64,000 bases of DNA from the IMG/VR virus record IMGVR_UViG_3300021599_002354. The stretch is one strand, 5' to 3'. Source of the DNA: an uncultured virus (IMG/VR IMGVR_UViG_3300021599_002354) (lineage: Duplodnaviria; Heunggongvirae; Uroviricota; Caudoviricetes). A model generated the notes under the pieces. The model saw only the letters and a list, made by a program, of their open reading frames with translations, had not been told where the DNA came from and made no database searches. Made by a program: the position numbers and the translations under genes. This document shows positions 39,051 through 48,800 of this stretch, piece after piece (positions within the stretch are counted from its first letter, which is position 1; every line of letters begins with the position of its first letter).

Positions 39051-41127
39051 ATTCTATTTTCTTTATAAATTTAATTAATTCAGGAAAATATTCTTCACAT
39101 ACATACCCTCTACGTATTTCATATTCTCTTATAAATTTAACAAAATCTAATTTATCTTTATCAAATAACTTTATATCGGTATCATAATCAGCAATAAAAA
39201 TATCTTTTATTCTTGTTAATTTTTCTATTTCTTGTAATGAAAAACCAACATCGGTAATTTCTTGCATTTTATGAAAATTCAAACTTCTAAATGTTGTGTT
39301 GAACTTCATAAATTTTATACATCGATTAAAATATTCTACGTTAACATAATCCTTCAAAATTCTAAAACTTAAAAACGGTGGGTGTCTTAGATAAGACGTA
39401 TCAAGAATTAATGCCGAGTTCCAATATCTTTCATTATTAAAGTGTTTTATTTTAAAATTTAAAACTTTCTTAATAAGATTTTCATATGAGAAAATACTAA
39501 AGATATTAAATGTTGCCATAATCACTATTGTAACTTTCGGTAATGACGTTAATATCCTATCTATATTTGTAAATAATTTATCAAAATCCAACCCATACCT
39601 TGCGTATTCTGCCTGTTTACCATCACCTTCACAAGAAGTAAAAATAATAATCTCTTTTACCTTTTTTTCATTTGTTATTATTTCTAATTTTTCAATCAAT
39701 TTATCAATAAGATCATCAGTAACTCCTAAATTACTATTGATAGATAATTTAAGATTTGTATTGGGATTATCAGTCTCTATAATATAATCTAAAACTTTCC
39801 ATGTATCTTTTGCCAATAATGGTTCTCCTCCGGTAATTCTGAATGTATCTAAACTATTGTAAAGATCGGGAAACCATTCCCAAAATGCATTTACATATGG
39901 ATTATCATCAGAGTATCTATATGGTTTAGTATCTCTTTCTTCCATTCTTTTAGTGCCATTATATTCATATGATAACCTATATGGTCCATATGTGTTGATT
40001 TCTTCCATCCATTTAGATGAATATTCCGGTCCACAATATGCACATTTAAAGTTACATGTGTTTGAAAAACTCACTTCAACATATTTTGGATTAAAGTCGT
40101 CTCTAAAACTTGATTTAGATATTTCTTCGAAATATGGTTCAGACCATGGTTCAGATGATTTGAAGATCCTATCGGAAAAAGATGTCGTATTATCTTCAAC
40201 ATTCCAACAATACTGACATTCAGAAGGTCTTGATCCCTCCAACATTTCTTTTCTTGCTTGTTTTTTAATTTTACTATTGTGTAAAGCGGTTGGATTTCTT
40301 TTAATCTCTTCTAAACCAATTTTATGTGGTTCAGGATGGTGACAACTATGTGTGGTACCATTATGAAGATGCATGGTCACTTGTGTCCATTTCGCCAAAC
40401 AAAAACCACACCCAACGTTATTCAATTTATCTTTCATTAATTCAAAACCAACATCAGACATTTTATTTTTTTTCTTTAAAAATGTTTTGTCTTTTAGTTG
40501 ATCGATTAATAAAAATTCATCATTTTTATTTTTTAAATCATAATAACAATAAAGAGTATCAAAATCATAAGAATGTTTTAGTAATTCTGAATTAGATGTG
40601 TAATTTTTCAAATTTCTCAAATCAATTACATCATTGTATATACTTAAATGGTCAATTTCCATTTCTGTTATACATCTGTGTGCAACATTTGTACTGTCTA
40701 TATTATGACAACCTAAATAAATTGGTTCGTTGATGTAACTATCTATGAGTGGATTTGAGTTGAAGATGGTATCAATAATTTTATAGTTGCAATATATTTT
40801 ATATTCATTTTTATCATATGTCAATGTCAATGTAACTCCTTTAGATAATAAGTCATCATTCATAAAATCATAAGTAAAACAATTAAACTTATCACCATCA
40901 TTTTCTTTTGTCCAAAATTCAAAAACAAATAAATCTACGTTATAGTCATAACTTAATCCGAAATTTTTACCAGGTACACCAATAAATCCTATTTTATTAT
41001 CTTTTATAAAATCTCTCTTAATTTTAAAAGAAATATTGATAGTAAACCTACCTTGTGTAATTATATTTGATTGTTCCTCATTTAACTTTGGTTTTATAAA
41101 CCAAGGGTTTTTATAATCTATTTTCAT
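39034..41127 (-). CDS. LamG-like domain fused to radical SAM enzyme
   Basis: GVPGKNFGLSY..FEFW; CGFCLAKW, ECQYCW, CNFKCAYC, ITGGEP. Confidence 0.85.
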   Translation of the reverse strand: MKIDYKNPWFIKPKLNEEQSNIITQGRFTINISFKIKRDFIKDNKIGFIGVPGKNFGLSYDYNVDLFVFEFWTKENDGDKFNCFTYDFMNDDLLSKGVTLTLTYDKNEYKIYCNYKIIDTIFNSNPLIDSYINEPIYLGCHNIDSTNVAHRCITEMEIDHLSIYNDVIDLRNLKNYTSNSELLKHSYDFDTLYCYYDLKNKNDEFLLIDQLKDKTFLKKKNKMSDVGFELMKDKLNNVGCGFCLAKWTQVTMHLHNGTTHSCHHPEPHKIGLEEIKRNPTALHNSKIKKQARKEMLEGSRPSECQYCWNVEDNTTSFSDRIFKSSEPWSEPYFEEISKSSFRDDFNPKYVEVSFSNTCNFKCAYCGPEYSSKWMEEINTYGPYRLSYEYNGTKRMEERDTKPYRYSDDNPYVNAFWEWFPDLYNSLDTFRITGGEPLLAKDTWKVLDYIIETDNPNTNLKLSINSNLGVTDDLIDKLIEKLEIITNEKKVKEIIIFTSCEGDGKQAEYARYGLDFDKLFTNIDRILTSLPKVTIVIMATFNIFSIFSYENLIKKVLNFKIKHFNNERYWNSALILDTSYLRHPPFLSFRILKDYVNVEYFNRCIKFMKFNTTFRSLNFHKMQEITDVGFSLQEIEKLTRIKDIFIADYDTDIKLFDKDKLDFVKFIREYEIRRGYVCEEYFPELIKFIKKIEYENKI

Positions 41128-42542
41128 TTCATTATTGTATTTATCATCATTGTATTCGGATATGTTGTTTCATCCAATTCAACAACTTCAGTTACATTTG
41201 ATATTTTATTTATACCTTCGTTTTTGTAATTAATTTTTCTTTGTTGCATTTCAGTAACAAATCTTCTTTCGTTTCTTGCTGTTGTTTCTCCTTTCGCCCA
41301 TTTACCATTCACATACCCTTCGTCAACATGAAACATACAATCAAATTTACCTTCTATTCTGTATGGTATAATGTTTTCAACTACATCAATATCTTCTTTA
41401 TCTATACTAACATTTATATTTTGACCTTCTTTTTCATTTGATTTGTTTATTACACCATCTTCAAAATCTAAATGTAACACTAAATCATCGGAATTAAAAA
41501 CATCTTCTATATTATTAAAAAATTTATTAAAAATTTTAACTTCGGATATCTTTCCTTTATAGTACATGCCGGTGTGATTACAGTAACCTATTGTAAATGG
41601 TTTTACAGCATCATGTGTTCTTAAATCCTTACCCACAGGAAATGGTATATTTTCCTTAATTCCTCTATAGTTAGTCACTAACTCATCGTTTACAAAGAAA
41701 TAAACTTCTTTTGTTTCACTATTAAAAGACATTGTAACCCAAGTCCATTCCAATTCGAATTTTTTTGCCCAAGTGTAATGGTGTTGACTACCTCTATCAA
41801 ATAAAACTAAATTTACTGATCTTGAGTTATTAAAAGATAAACCCCAAGTCCACATTCCTTCTCTTCTAATTAACGGATATTCGACAAATTGACCATTTTC
41901 ATCACCAACTAACCAAATAGGAACTTTATCTGGTTGTTGTTCTGCCATAAAAAGTATTTGTATAGTATGATTATCACTTAAACATGAGCTTATATCTCTA
42001 TTCGTTGGTATTTTTATTAAAGAATCCACCCCATTAAAACTTGCAACAGGTTTATTTTTATATGATTTAAAAGTCTTACTTTTTGAGTACCCTTCATAAT
42101 GACATCTCCAAAATAAATCATCATCTTCTTGACCCCAGTCCCAATAATCATTTGAATAACCATTCGTTTTTTCTACTTGTTCTTTAGTGAATAAAATTAC
42201 TCCTCCAAAATATTGATCATATCCAAGTCCGTAATTGTATTTTGACAATTTTGTTGCAATGTGGATTGGATATTTTTCAGGGTAAGAATAATCTGCATCT
42301 TCTAATGGTAACATATCCACATCATGCCAAGCAATATAATCACAACCATCATTAAAAGCATAGTGAGCTGCAATATTTTTCATTGCCCCTCTATTAAATA
42401 ATTTTTCATCAACCTGATGTCCAACATAAAACTTATGATCGATACCTCTTTCATCAAGATGTTTTGATAGGTGTGGTATTAAGTTCTCTAAGTGTTGTTT
42501 TCTATTTCTATATGGTATACAAATACCTAATTTATGTGACAT
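41124..42542 (-). CDS. GT7 (beta-1,4-galactosyltransferase-like) with inserted LamG-like domain
   Basis: IPYRNR..HL, FNRGAMKN, HDVD, FGGV, NGYSN.YW.WG.EDDD. Confidence 0.85.
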   Translation of the reverse strand: MSHKLGICIPYRNRKQHLENLIPHLSKHLDERGIDHKFYVGHQVDEKLFNRGAMKNIAAHYAFNDGCDYIAWHDVDMLPLEDADYSYPEKYPIHIATKLSKYNYGLGYDQYFGGVILFTKEQVEKTNGYSNDYWDWGQEDDDLFWRCHYEGYSKSKTFKSYKNKPVASFNGVDSLIKIPTNRDISSCLSDNHTIQILFMAEQQPDKVPIWLVGDENGQFVEYPLIRREGMWTWGLSFNNSRSVNLVLFDRGSQHHYTWAKKFELEWTWVTMSFNSETKEVYFFVNDELVTNYRGIKENIPFPVGKDLRTHDAVKPFTIGYCNHTGMYYKGKISEVKIFNKFFNNIEDVFNSDDLVLHLDFEDGVINKSNEKEGQNINVSIDKEDIDVVENIIPYRIEGKFDCMFHVDEGYVNGKWAKGETTARNERRFVTEMQQRKINYKNEGINKISNVTEVVELDETTYPNTMMINTIMK

Positions 42543-43984
42543 TAGATTCCTACATTAATTTTAGTTACATTGTTATTATTTTCTTTACCATGAGTGATAT
42601 AAATTAAAGTCGATAAACCATCGTTTTTTAGTAATTCATCGTTTTTAGAGACTTCATTATGAAATCTTAGTTGATTCCATCTTGTCTCCGATTTTTTCCA
42701 CTTATTATTTTCAAACCCATTATTATCATGTGAGAGTGTTTGAAAACTTGAGTTTCTTCTAAATGGTATTTTAACTTCTTTGTATTCATCAAAATTACAT
42801 TCAACTATTTCACAATTATATATTATACCATCATTATCATTTCCTGATATATCTACCAATTTATAGTTCTTTATAAAATTTGAATCATAACAAACTTTCA
42901 TTTTAGTTGCTGAGGTATATTTTTCTATGTTTTGTGTTAACACAATATCTGTTGTTGATATGTATTTAATTTCATCGAGATCTAATTTTTTGTCATATAC
43001 CGCAAATCGATCAAGATATCCCTTGAAAAATGAATCATTATTATCGTCAGAATTGACTGAACACCCCAAATAAAAAAATTGTTCTAATACGTAATCATGA
43101 ATTTCGGGACATTTTTCTTGGTAACCAATTAGTTCACCGTCTTGGTACATTTCAATTTTTTTATTTATATAATCAAACGTAACACAAATTGATGTTTTAT
43201 AATTTGTTTTAATTTTTGAGTTTATATATAATGGTTCATCATATTGGTCAAAACTGCAAAAATTATATCTTTGAAATGAATTATAACTGATTGATGTATT
43301 GAAACCCAAAATACTAAACACAGTAAAATTATCAATTTCTTTAGTGTGATCTAAATAAATTTCATCAGGATAAAAACTTACAAATAATGTTAAATCAGAA
43401 TTAAAATTAAGTAAGTTGTTAAAATTTTTAGATTTAATATATGCATTAACTCCGTTTAATTTTAATTTTGTTCCTTTGATATTAATATTTTTTATTTTTA
43501 ATGTGTCTAATGGTATATTATTCTTAATTGATCTCAACAATAAATCATTATCTTCATAACCCCATCCCCAATATTTGTTAGAATAACCATCTATTTGTTT
43601 GAATTGATCAATAGGAAACATAGTTACCCCACCAAAATATTCATCAAAAATATCATCCGAATTTTCACCAGTATCTCTATTTGTTAATTCAGTTGCCAAA
43701 TGTATTGGTTTATCACAATAAGAATAATCTACACTCATTGGTATCATATCCACATCATGAAACACAACGTAATCACAATTTAATTTTTCGGCATATTTAA
43801 ATCCAATATTTAATAACATTCCTCGATTAAATAACTTACCATTATCTTGACACACAACAATTATCTCATGTGGTATTTTTTCATTATCTAAAAAACGAGA
43901 AATTCTTTTTTGAAAAATTTTCAAATGTGATTCTCTATCTCTATATGGAACAATTACACCAAGTTTTTTATTTTTTCTTAACAT
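42542..43984 (-). CDS. GT7 (beta-1,4-galactosyltransferase-like) with inserted LamG-like domain
   Basis: VPYRDR..HL, FNRGMLLN.G, FHDVD, FGGV, YWGWGYEDND. Confidence 0.85.
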   Translation of the reverse strand: MLRKNKKLGVIVPYRDRESHLKIFQKRISRFLDNEKIPHEIIVVCQDNGKLFNRGMLLNIGFKYAEKLNCDYVVFHDVDMIPMSVDYSYCDKPIHLATELTNRDTGENSDDIFDEYFGGVTMFPIDQFKQIDGYSNKYWGWGYEDNDLLLRSIKNNIPLDTLKIKNINIKGTKLKLNGVNAYIKSKNFNNLLNFNSDLTLFVSFYPDEIYLDHTKEIDNFTVFSILGFNTSISYNSFQRYNFCSFDQYDEPLYINSKIKTNYKTSICVTFDYINKKIEMYQDGELIGYQEKCPEIHDYVLEQFFYLGCSVNSDDNNDSFFKGYLDRFAVYDKKLDLDEIKYISTTDIVLTQNIEKYTSATKMKVCYDSNFIKNYKLVDISGNDNDGIIYNCEIVECNFDEYKEVKIPFRRNSSFQTLSHDNNGFENNKWKKSETRWNQLRFHNEVSKNDELLKNDGLSTLIYITHGKENNNNVTKINVGI

Positions 43985-44192
43985 TCTTATCCTCTTGATT
44001 ATTCAACATATTATTGTGGAATTCGGCCAAATAATATTGAACTCTACTACTCCATTCATCTTTATCGATTTCTTCGAACCAGATTGTCAATGCATCCAAA
44101 GAAGCTGCAATTTTTTCAAGTGCCTTTACTTTTCTTAATTCAATTTCATTAACATCTTCAACTGATGTTTTTGGTGTGGTTGATTTACTCAT
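43968..44192 (-). CDS. Hypothetical protein
   Basis: Coupled ORF within the operon. Confidence 0.6.
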   Translation of the reverse strand: MSKSTTPKTSVEDVNEIELRKVKALEKIAASLDALTIWFEEIDKDEWSSRVQYYLAEFHNNMLNNQEDKNVKKK

Positions 44193-45073
44193 ATTGATAT
44201 GATTTTTTTTATTAATTTATCCCAATTCTTGTAATTTTTATAATCGGGATTTATTTGATTTTTTTCAAAAAGATATTCTTCGTTTTGAACGTTTATTTTG
44301 AATCTATTTTTTCTTAACGCATTGTACATTATACCATATTCTTTTGAATACGCATACTCTTCATTTATATCTGCAACAGATTTGATTCTATCTATCGCAG
44401 TTTTATCCCATTTGAAATGATGAACTTGTACTGAATATTTTTCTATAGGTGCAATCAGTGGGTGGTTCCATCCTTGCCATCTCCAAGTCGTGTGTCCATC
44501 AATTTTTGCATAATGTTGTCCGGCAGTAATTTCTATATTCCCTTTGGTTACACAAATTTTATTTGGACACGCTCTACTCATAGGATATCTAAAAAATCCA
44601 GCAATTGGAAATTGTTTCCATATTGATTTATTTTCAACTATATCTACAAATTCCCCATCATCACCAATTCTGTCGATAAATCCACCCCTAACAATCTGCC
44701 AATTATTATTTTCACATTCACCAATTAGATTACGTAGATCATTATCTGGATATAAATGAAATTCATCTATGTCAGAAATAACCCACCAACAATTAGGATC
44801 TTCGGATTTAATCATGTTATATAATAATGTCACCCTCTCCCAATCATAAATTCTGTTTTTTACAGATTTTATAATTTTAACATTATTATAATTTTTTATT
44901 TGTTCTTTTACAATTTTTAAAAGATTAGGTGAAGCCTCGGATTCATAAACTATAAAATTTATTTCATCAACCATATTCTTATAATGAGTAACAAAATGAT
45001 CTATAAGGTCAGATCCGTGTCCTATAACACTCAATAATTTAATTCTATTTCCTGTTGATAATTGTGATGCCAC
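44189..45073 (-). CDS. GT2-like (GT-A) glycosyltransferase
   Basis: HFVTHY, WWVISDIDEF, GGFIDR, HHFKW. Confidence 0.65.
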   Translation of the reverse strand: MASQLSTGNRIKLLSVIGHGSDLIDHFVTHYKNMVDEINFIVYESEASPNLLKIVKEQIKNYNNVKIIKSVKNRIYDWERVTLLYNMIKSEDPNCWWVISDIDEFHLYPDNDLRNLIGECENNNWQIVRGGFIDRIGDDGEFVDIVENKSIWKQFPIAGFFRYPMSRACPNKICVTKGNIEITAGQHYAKIDGHTTWRWQGWNHPLIAPIEKYSVQVHHFKWDKTAIDRIKSVADINEEYAYSKEYGIMYNALRKNRFKINVQNEEYLFEKNQINPDYKNYKNWDKLIKKIISI

Positions 45074-45770
45074 TCGAAGACGGTTTTGTACTTAATATAC
45101 CAAAATTGTGTAAATTTATCAAGTTCCATAATGAATTTTTTTCGAGTTCTATTATAAATTTAGATGGTCCGTCAAAAGAAAAATGATCTTTCTTTGCATC
45201 TTCCGATACTAATAATTTTTGTTCGTAATTATCATCCGTATCATGTATAATAATGATACCTTTATCATTCAATAAATTTGAATACAATTCAAAATCTTTT
45301 TTAACTCCTTCGTATGAATGATCACCATCAATAAAAAGAAGATCTATTTTAATATCTTGTAAAACAAAAAAATTATAATAAGCTTCCTCTGATGTTGCCT
45401 TAATAAATCTCGGCCAAAAGTTCTTTCTAAAAAAAGATTCTTCATTTTCCAAGTCATTAGGTCCACCTATACCATTACAAGCGTCAACAACGTATGTTAC
45501 ACCAATATCACCCCAATTATAATCTGAATTACCTTCGAATATTTGTTGTTTGTATAGATCTATTCTTGATTGTGTCATGATCCGAGGAATAAAGCCTCCT
45601 CCAGATCCTATACATACACAATTTTTAAATCTCATATGTTGTATAATTGAATATACAACTATTCCATCACCTAAATGTAAATCTGTTGCACCATGTGTCC
45701 ATCTGTAAGGTACTGATTCGTTTCCATTGTTGGTAATAAAATTCTTAATATAATCTTGATTGGTTATCAC
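45045..45770 (-). CDS. Class I SAM methyltransferase (Methyltransf_24-like)
   Basis: CIGSGGG, LLFIDGDHSYEGV..D, IIHD; GTG start. Confidence 0.78.
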   Translation of the reverse strand: MITNQDYIKNFITNNGNESVPYRWTHGATDLHLGDGIVVYSIIQHMRFKNCVCIGSGGGFIPRIMTQSRIDLYKQQIFEGNSDYNWGDIGVTYVVDACNGIGGPNDLENEESFFRKNFWPRFIKATSEEAYYNFFVLQDIKIDLLFIDGDHSYEGVKKDFELYSNLLNDKGIIIIHDTDDNYEQKLLVSEDAKKDHFSFDGPSKFIIELEKNSLWNLINLHNFGILSTKPSSSGITIINRK

Positions 45771-45800
45771 ATTTGTAATATAACCAAAAAATTTTAATTA

Positions 45801-48800
45801 TTAAATGACTCTACCAACTACAACGACACCAGTTTGTGCGGAAGAGAAATAAACGTTTACTGTGTTTGTATCTACTGAATTGATTCTTGTTGGTACAACA
45901 ACATCTCTACTATTATTCCAAACCGTGACTAAAGGATAATCGGTGCCCAAATTATGTGCAACTGACCAAGTTGTTTGATTTGTAAAACTTGCAGTGTATC
46001 CTAAATTTGCAATATTACTTAAAGGTACACTACCACTAATAAAGTGTCCTCCTTTAGCGACATTAACACTACCTGCAACAGGTGATGAGAATGTTACATT
46101 TATATTATTATTGTCAACAGATACGATTTCTTGTGGAACAATAACTTTGTGGTTAATATCCCAAACATTTACTAATGGATATCTCGTTCCAAGATTGTGA
46201 TTTACTGACCAAGTTTGTGAAGCCGTAAACGCCTGTGTTAAACCTCCTGTACCATCTGTACCTGATGTTCCACTTGTTCCCGCAGAACCTGAAGTACCTG
46301 AGGTTCCTGATGTACCTCTTGTACCCGATGAACCACTACTACCTGAAGAACCTGATGATCCAGACGATCCACTTGAACCAGATGTTCCACTTGATCCAGA
46401 AGAACCTGAAGAACCTGATGTTCCAGATGACCCACTACTTCCTGAAGTACCACTTGTGCCTGAAGATCCTGATGAACCACTACTACCAGATGTTCCTGAT
46501 GTTCCTGAACTACCCGAAGTACCGGAAGATCCTGATGATCCACTTGTTCCACTTGTACCTGAAGAACCTGATGTACCAGAAGATCCCGATGTTCCAGACG
46601 TACCTGACGATCCAGAACTACCTGATGAACCACTTGTCCCTGAAGAACCAGACGTTCCTGAGGAACCTGATGTGCCAGACGTTCCTGAACTACCTGAAGT
46701 ACCGGAAGATCCTGATGTGCCAGAAGATCCTGATGATCCACTACTACCTGAAGATCCGCTTGTACCAGAGGTACCACTTGTACCTGAAGAACCAGACGTT
46801 CCTGATGATCCACTACTACCCGAAGATCCTGAGGTGCCAGATGAACCTGAAGATCCTGATGTGCCAGATGAACCTGAGGTTCCCGCTGTCCCTGAGCTAC
46901 CTGAAGTTCCACTTGTGCCTGATGTTCCTGATGAACCACTACTACCTGAAGTACCTGATGTACCGCTTGATCCGGATGTACCAGAACTACCTGAAGTACC
47001 ACTTGTACCAGATGTGCCTGAAGATCCGGATGTACCAGAACTACCTGAAGTGCCAGATGTTCCAGAAGTACCTGAAGATCCTGAGGTACCTGAACTTCCG
47101 CTTGATCCACTCGAACCCGATGTACCTGAACTTCCGCCTGATCCACTCGATCCAGATGTTCCACTTGAACCAGAGGTTCCTGATGGTGTGGATCCAAATA
47201 TTAATATTATGTTTTGATTGTTGGTGAATGTGGATGTACCACCTTGACTTTGTAATGTTGCTGGATATGTGTAATAAGTCGTATTATCCGTTGAACTACC
47301 GACCATCCATCTTTGATAGTTAACATGATTTGCCTTATCCTGTAAAACTATTATTGATCCTGATGCTAATGTTCCTAAGAAAATATCAAGATTATTATTT
47401 AATCCATCTACCTCACTTACATTAAGTGATGTTGCACCTGTTTGAGAAACATTGTTCCATATTATAAAATTTGAACCAGGGTCACCACTTATTGAGTTTG
47501 TTTTTGCTTGATAATTAAAAAAGGAGTTTGAGAGACCTGAAGTACCTGATGTACCGGCAGATCCTGAAGATCCGCTCGATCCCGATGTACCTGACGATCC
47601 TGAAGATCCTGAGGTACCGGAAGATCCTGATGATCCACTTGTTCCACTTGTTCCTGAAGAACCTGAAGTACCAGATGAACCACTTGTACCTGAGGTACCT
47701 GATGACCCAGATGATCCAGATGATCCGGATGAACCTGAAGTTCCACTTGTTCCTGAAGTTCCACTTGATCCTGAAGAACCTGATGTACCAGAAGATCCCG
47801 ATGTTCCTGAAGAACCCGAAGAACCTGATGTTCCACTTGTTCCTGAAGAACCTGAAGAACCTGATGTTCCACTTGTTCCACTTGTACCTGAAGAACCTGA
47901 TGTTCCAGATGACCCACTACTACCTGATGTTCCACTTGTTCCTGAAGAACCTGACGAGCCAGAGGTGCCACTTGTTCCTGAAGAACCCGATGTTCCTGAT
48001 GATCCACTTGTGCCAGACGTACCCGATGTTCCACTTGAACCTGAGGTTCCAGATGTTCCTGAAGTACCACTTGTACCTGAAGAACCTGATGTACCAGAAG
48101 AACCTGAACTACCTGATGTGCCACTGGTACCTGAAGAACCAGATGATCCTGATGTTCCACTCGATCCAGAAGAACCTGAAGAACCACTTGTACCTGATGA
48201 ACCACTTGTACCAGATTGTGCCGCTAATGTGGTGACAAGATATGAATAGTGTAATAGTCCTTCTGTATAAAATTTAATTGTTCTATTAGCGTTATCACTA
48301 TTGTTAGCATAAATTTGAACTACAATTCTATCAGTTGGGTCTAAAACTTGTGTTGTTGCTAATGCGTTGAGTTTAATTTCAACTGGACTTGTATTATTTG
48401 TGTCCCAACCAATTAATGTTGTATCTGAAGTAAATAATAAAGTTTCAGTTCCACCTGTTGTACGTTTACTAACTGTATAATACAAGTTAACAACATCATT
48501 TTCAGCATTTTTAGATGCATATAGGTATGCGTGCCATAAACCATTTGGTACAACTATTGCGTTTGGGTCTCCCACATTAGTTATAAAACCACCATTAACT
48601 AAAACATTTTGTTGATTTGCCGTTAAATTGGTTGTAATTATTGTTTGACCTGCGGTTGTTGTGGTTTGTTCTAATGCCGAATAACCGCCAGTTTGTCCCG
48701 AAACAGAATAATTGAAGAAATAGTTTTGACCACCTGAGATACCCGAAGATCCAGAGGTACCTGATGAACCACTTGTACCAGATGATCCTGAGGATCCACT

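Noticed and set aside
2511..45770. Bacterial capsule or O-antigen locus
   Set aside because: No flippase, polymerase, ABC exporter or priming phosphoglycosyltransferase; flanked by phage-like structural genes
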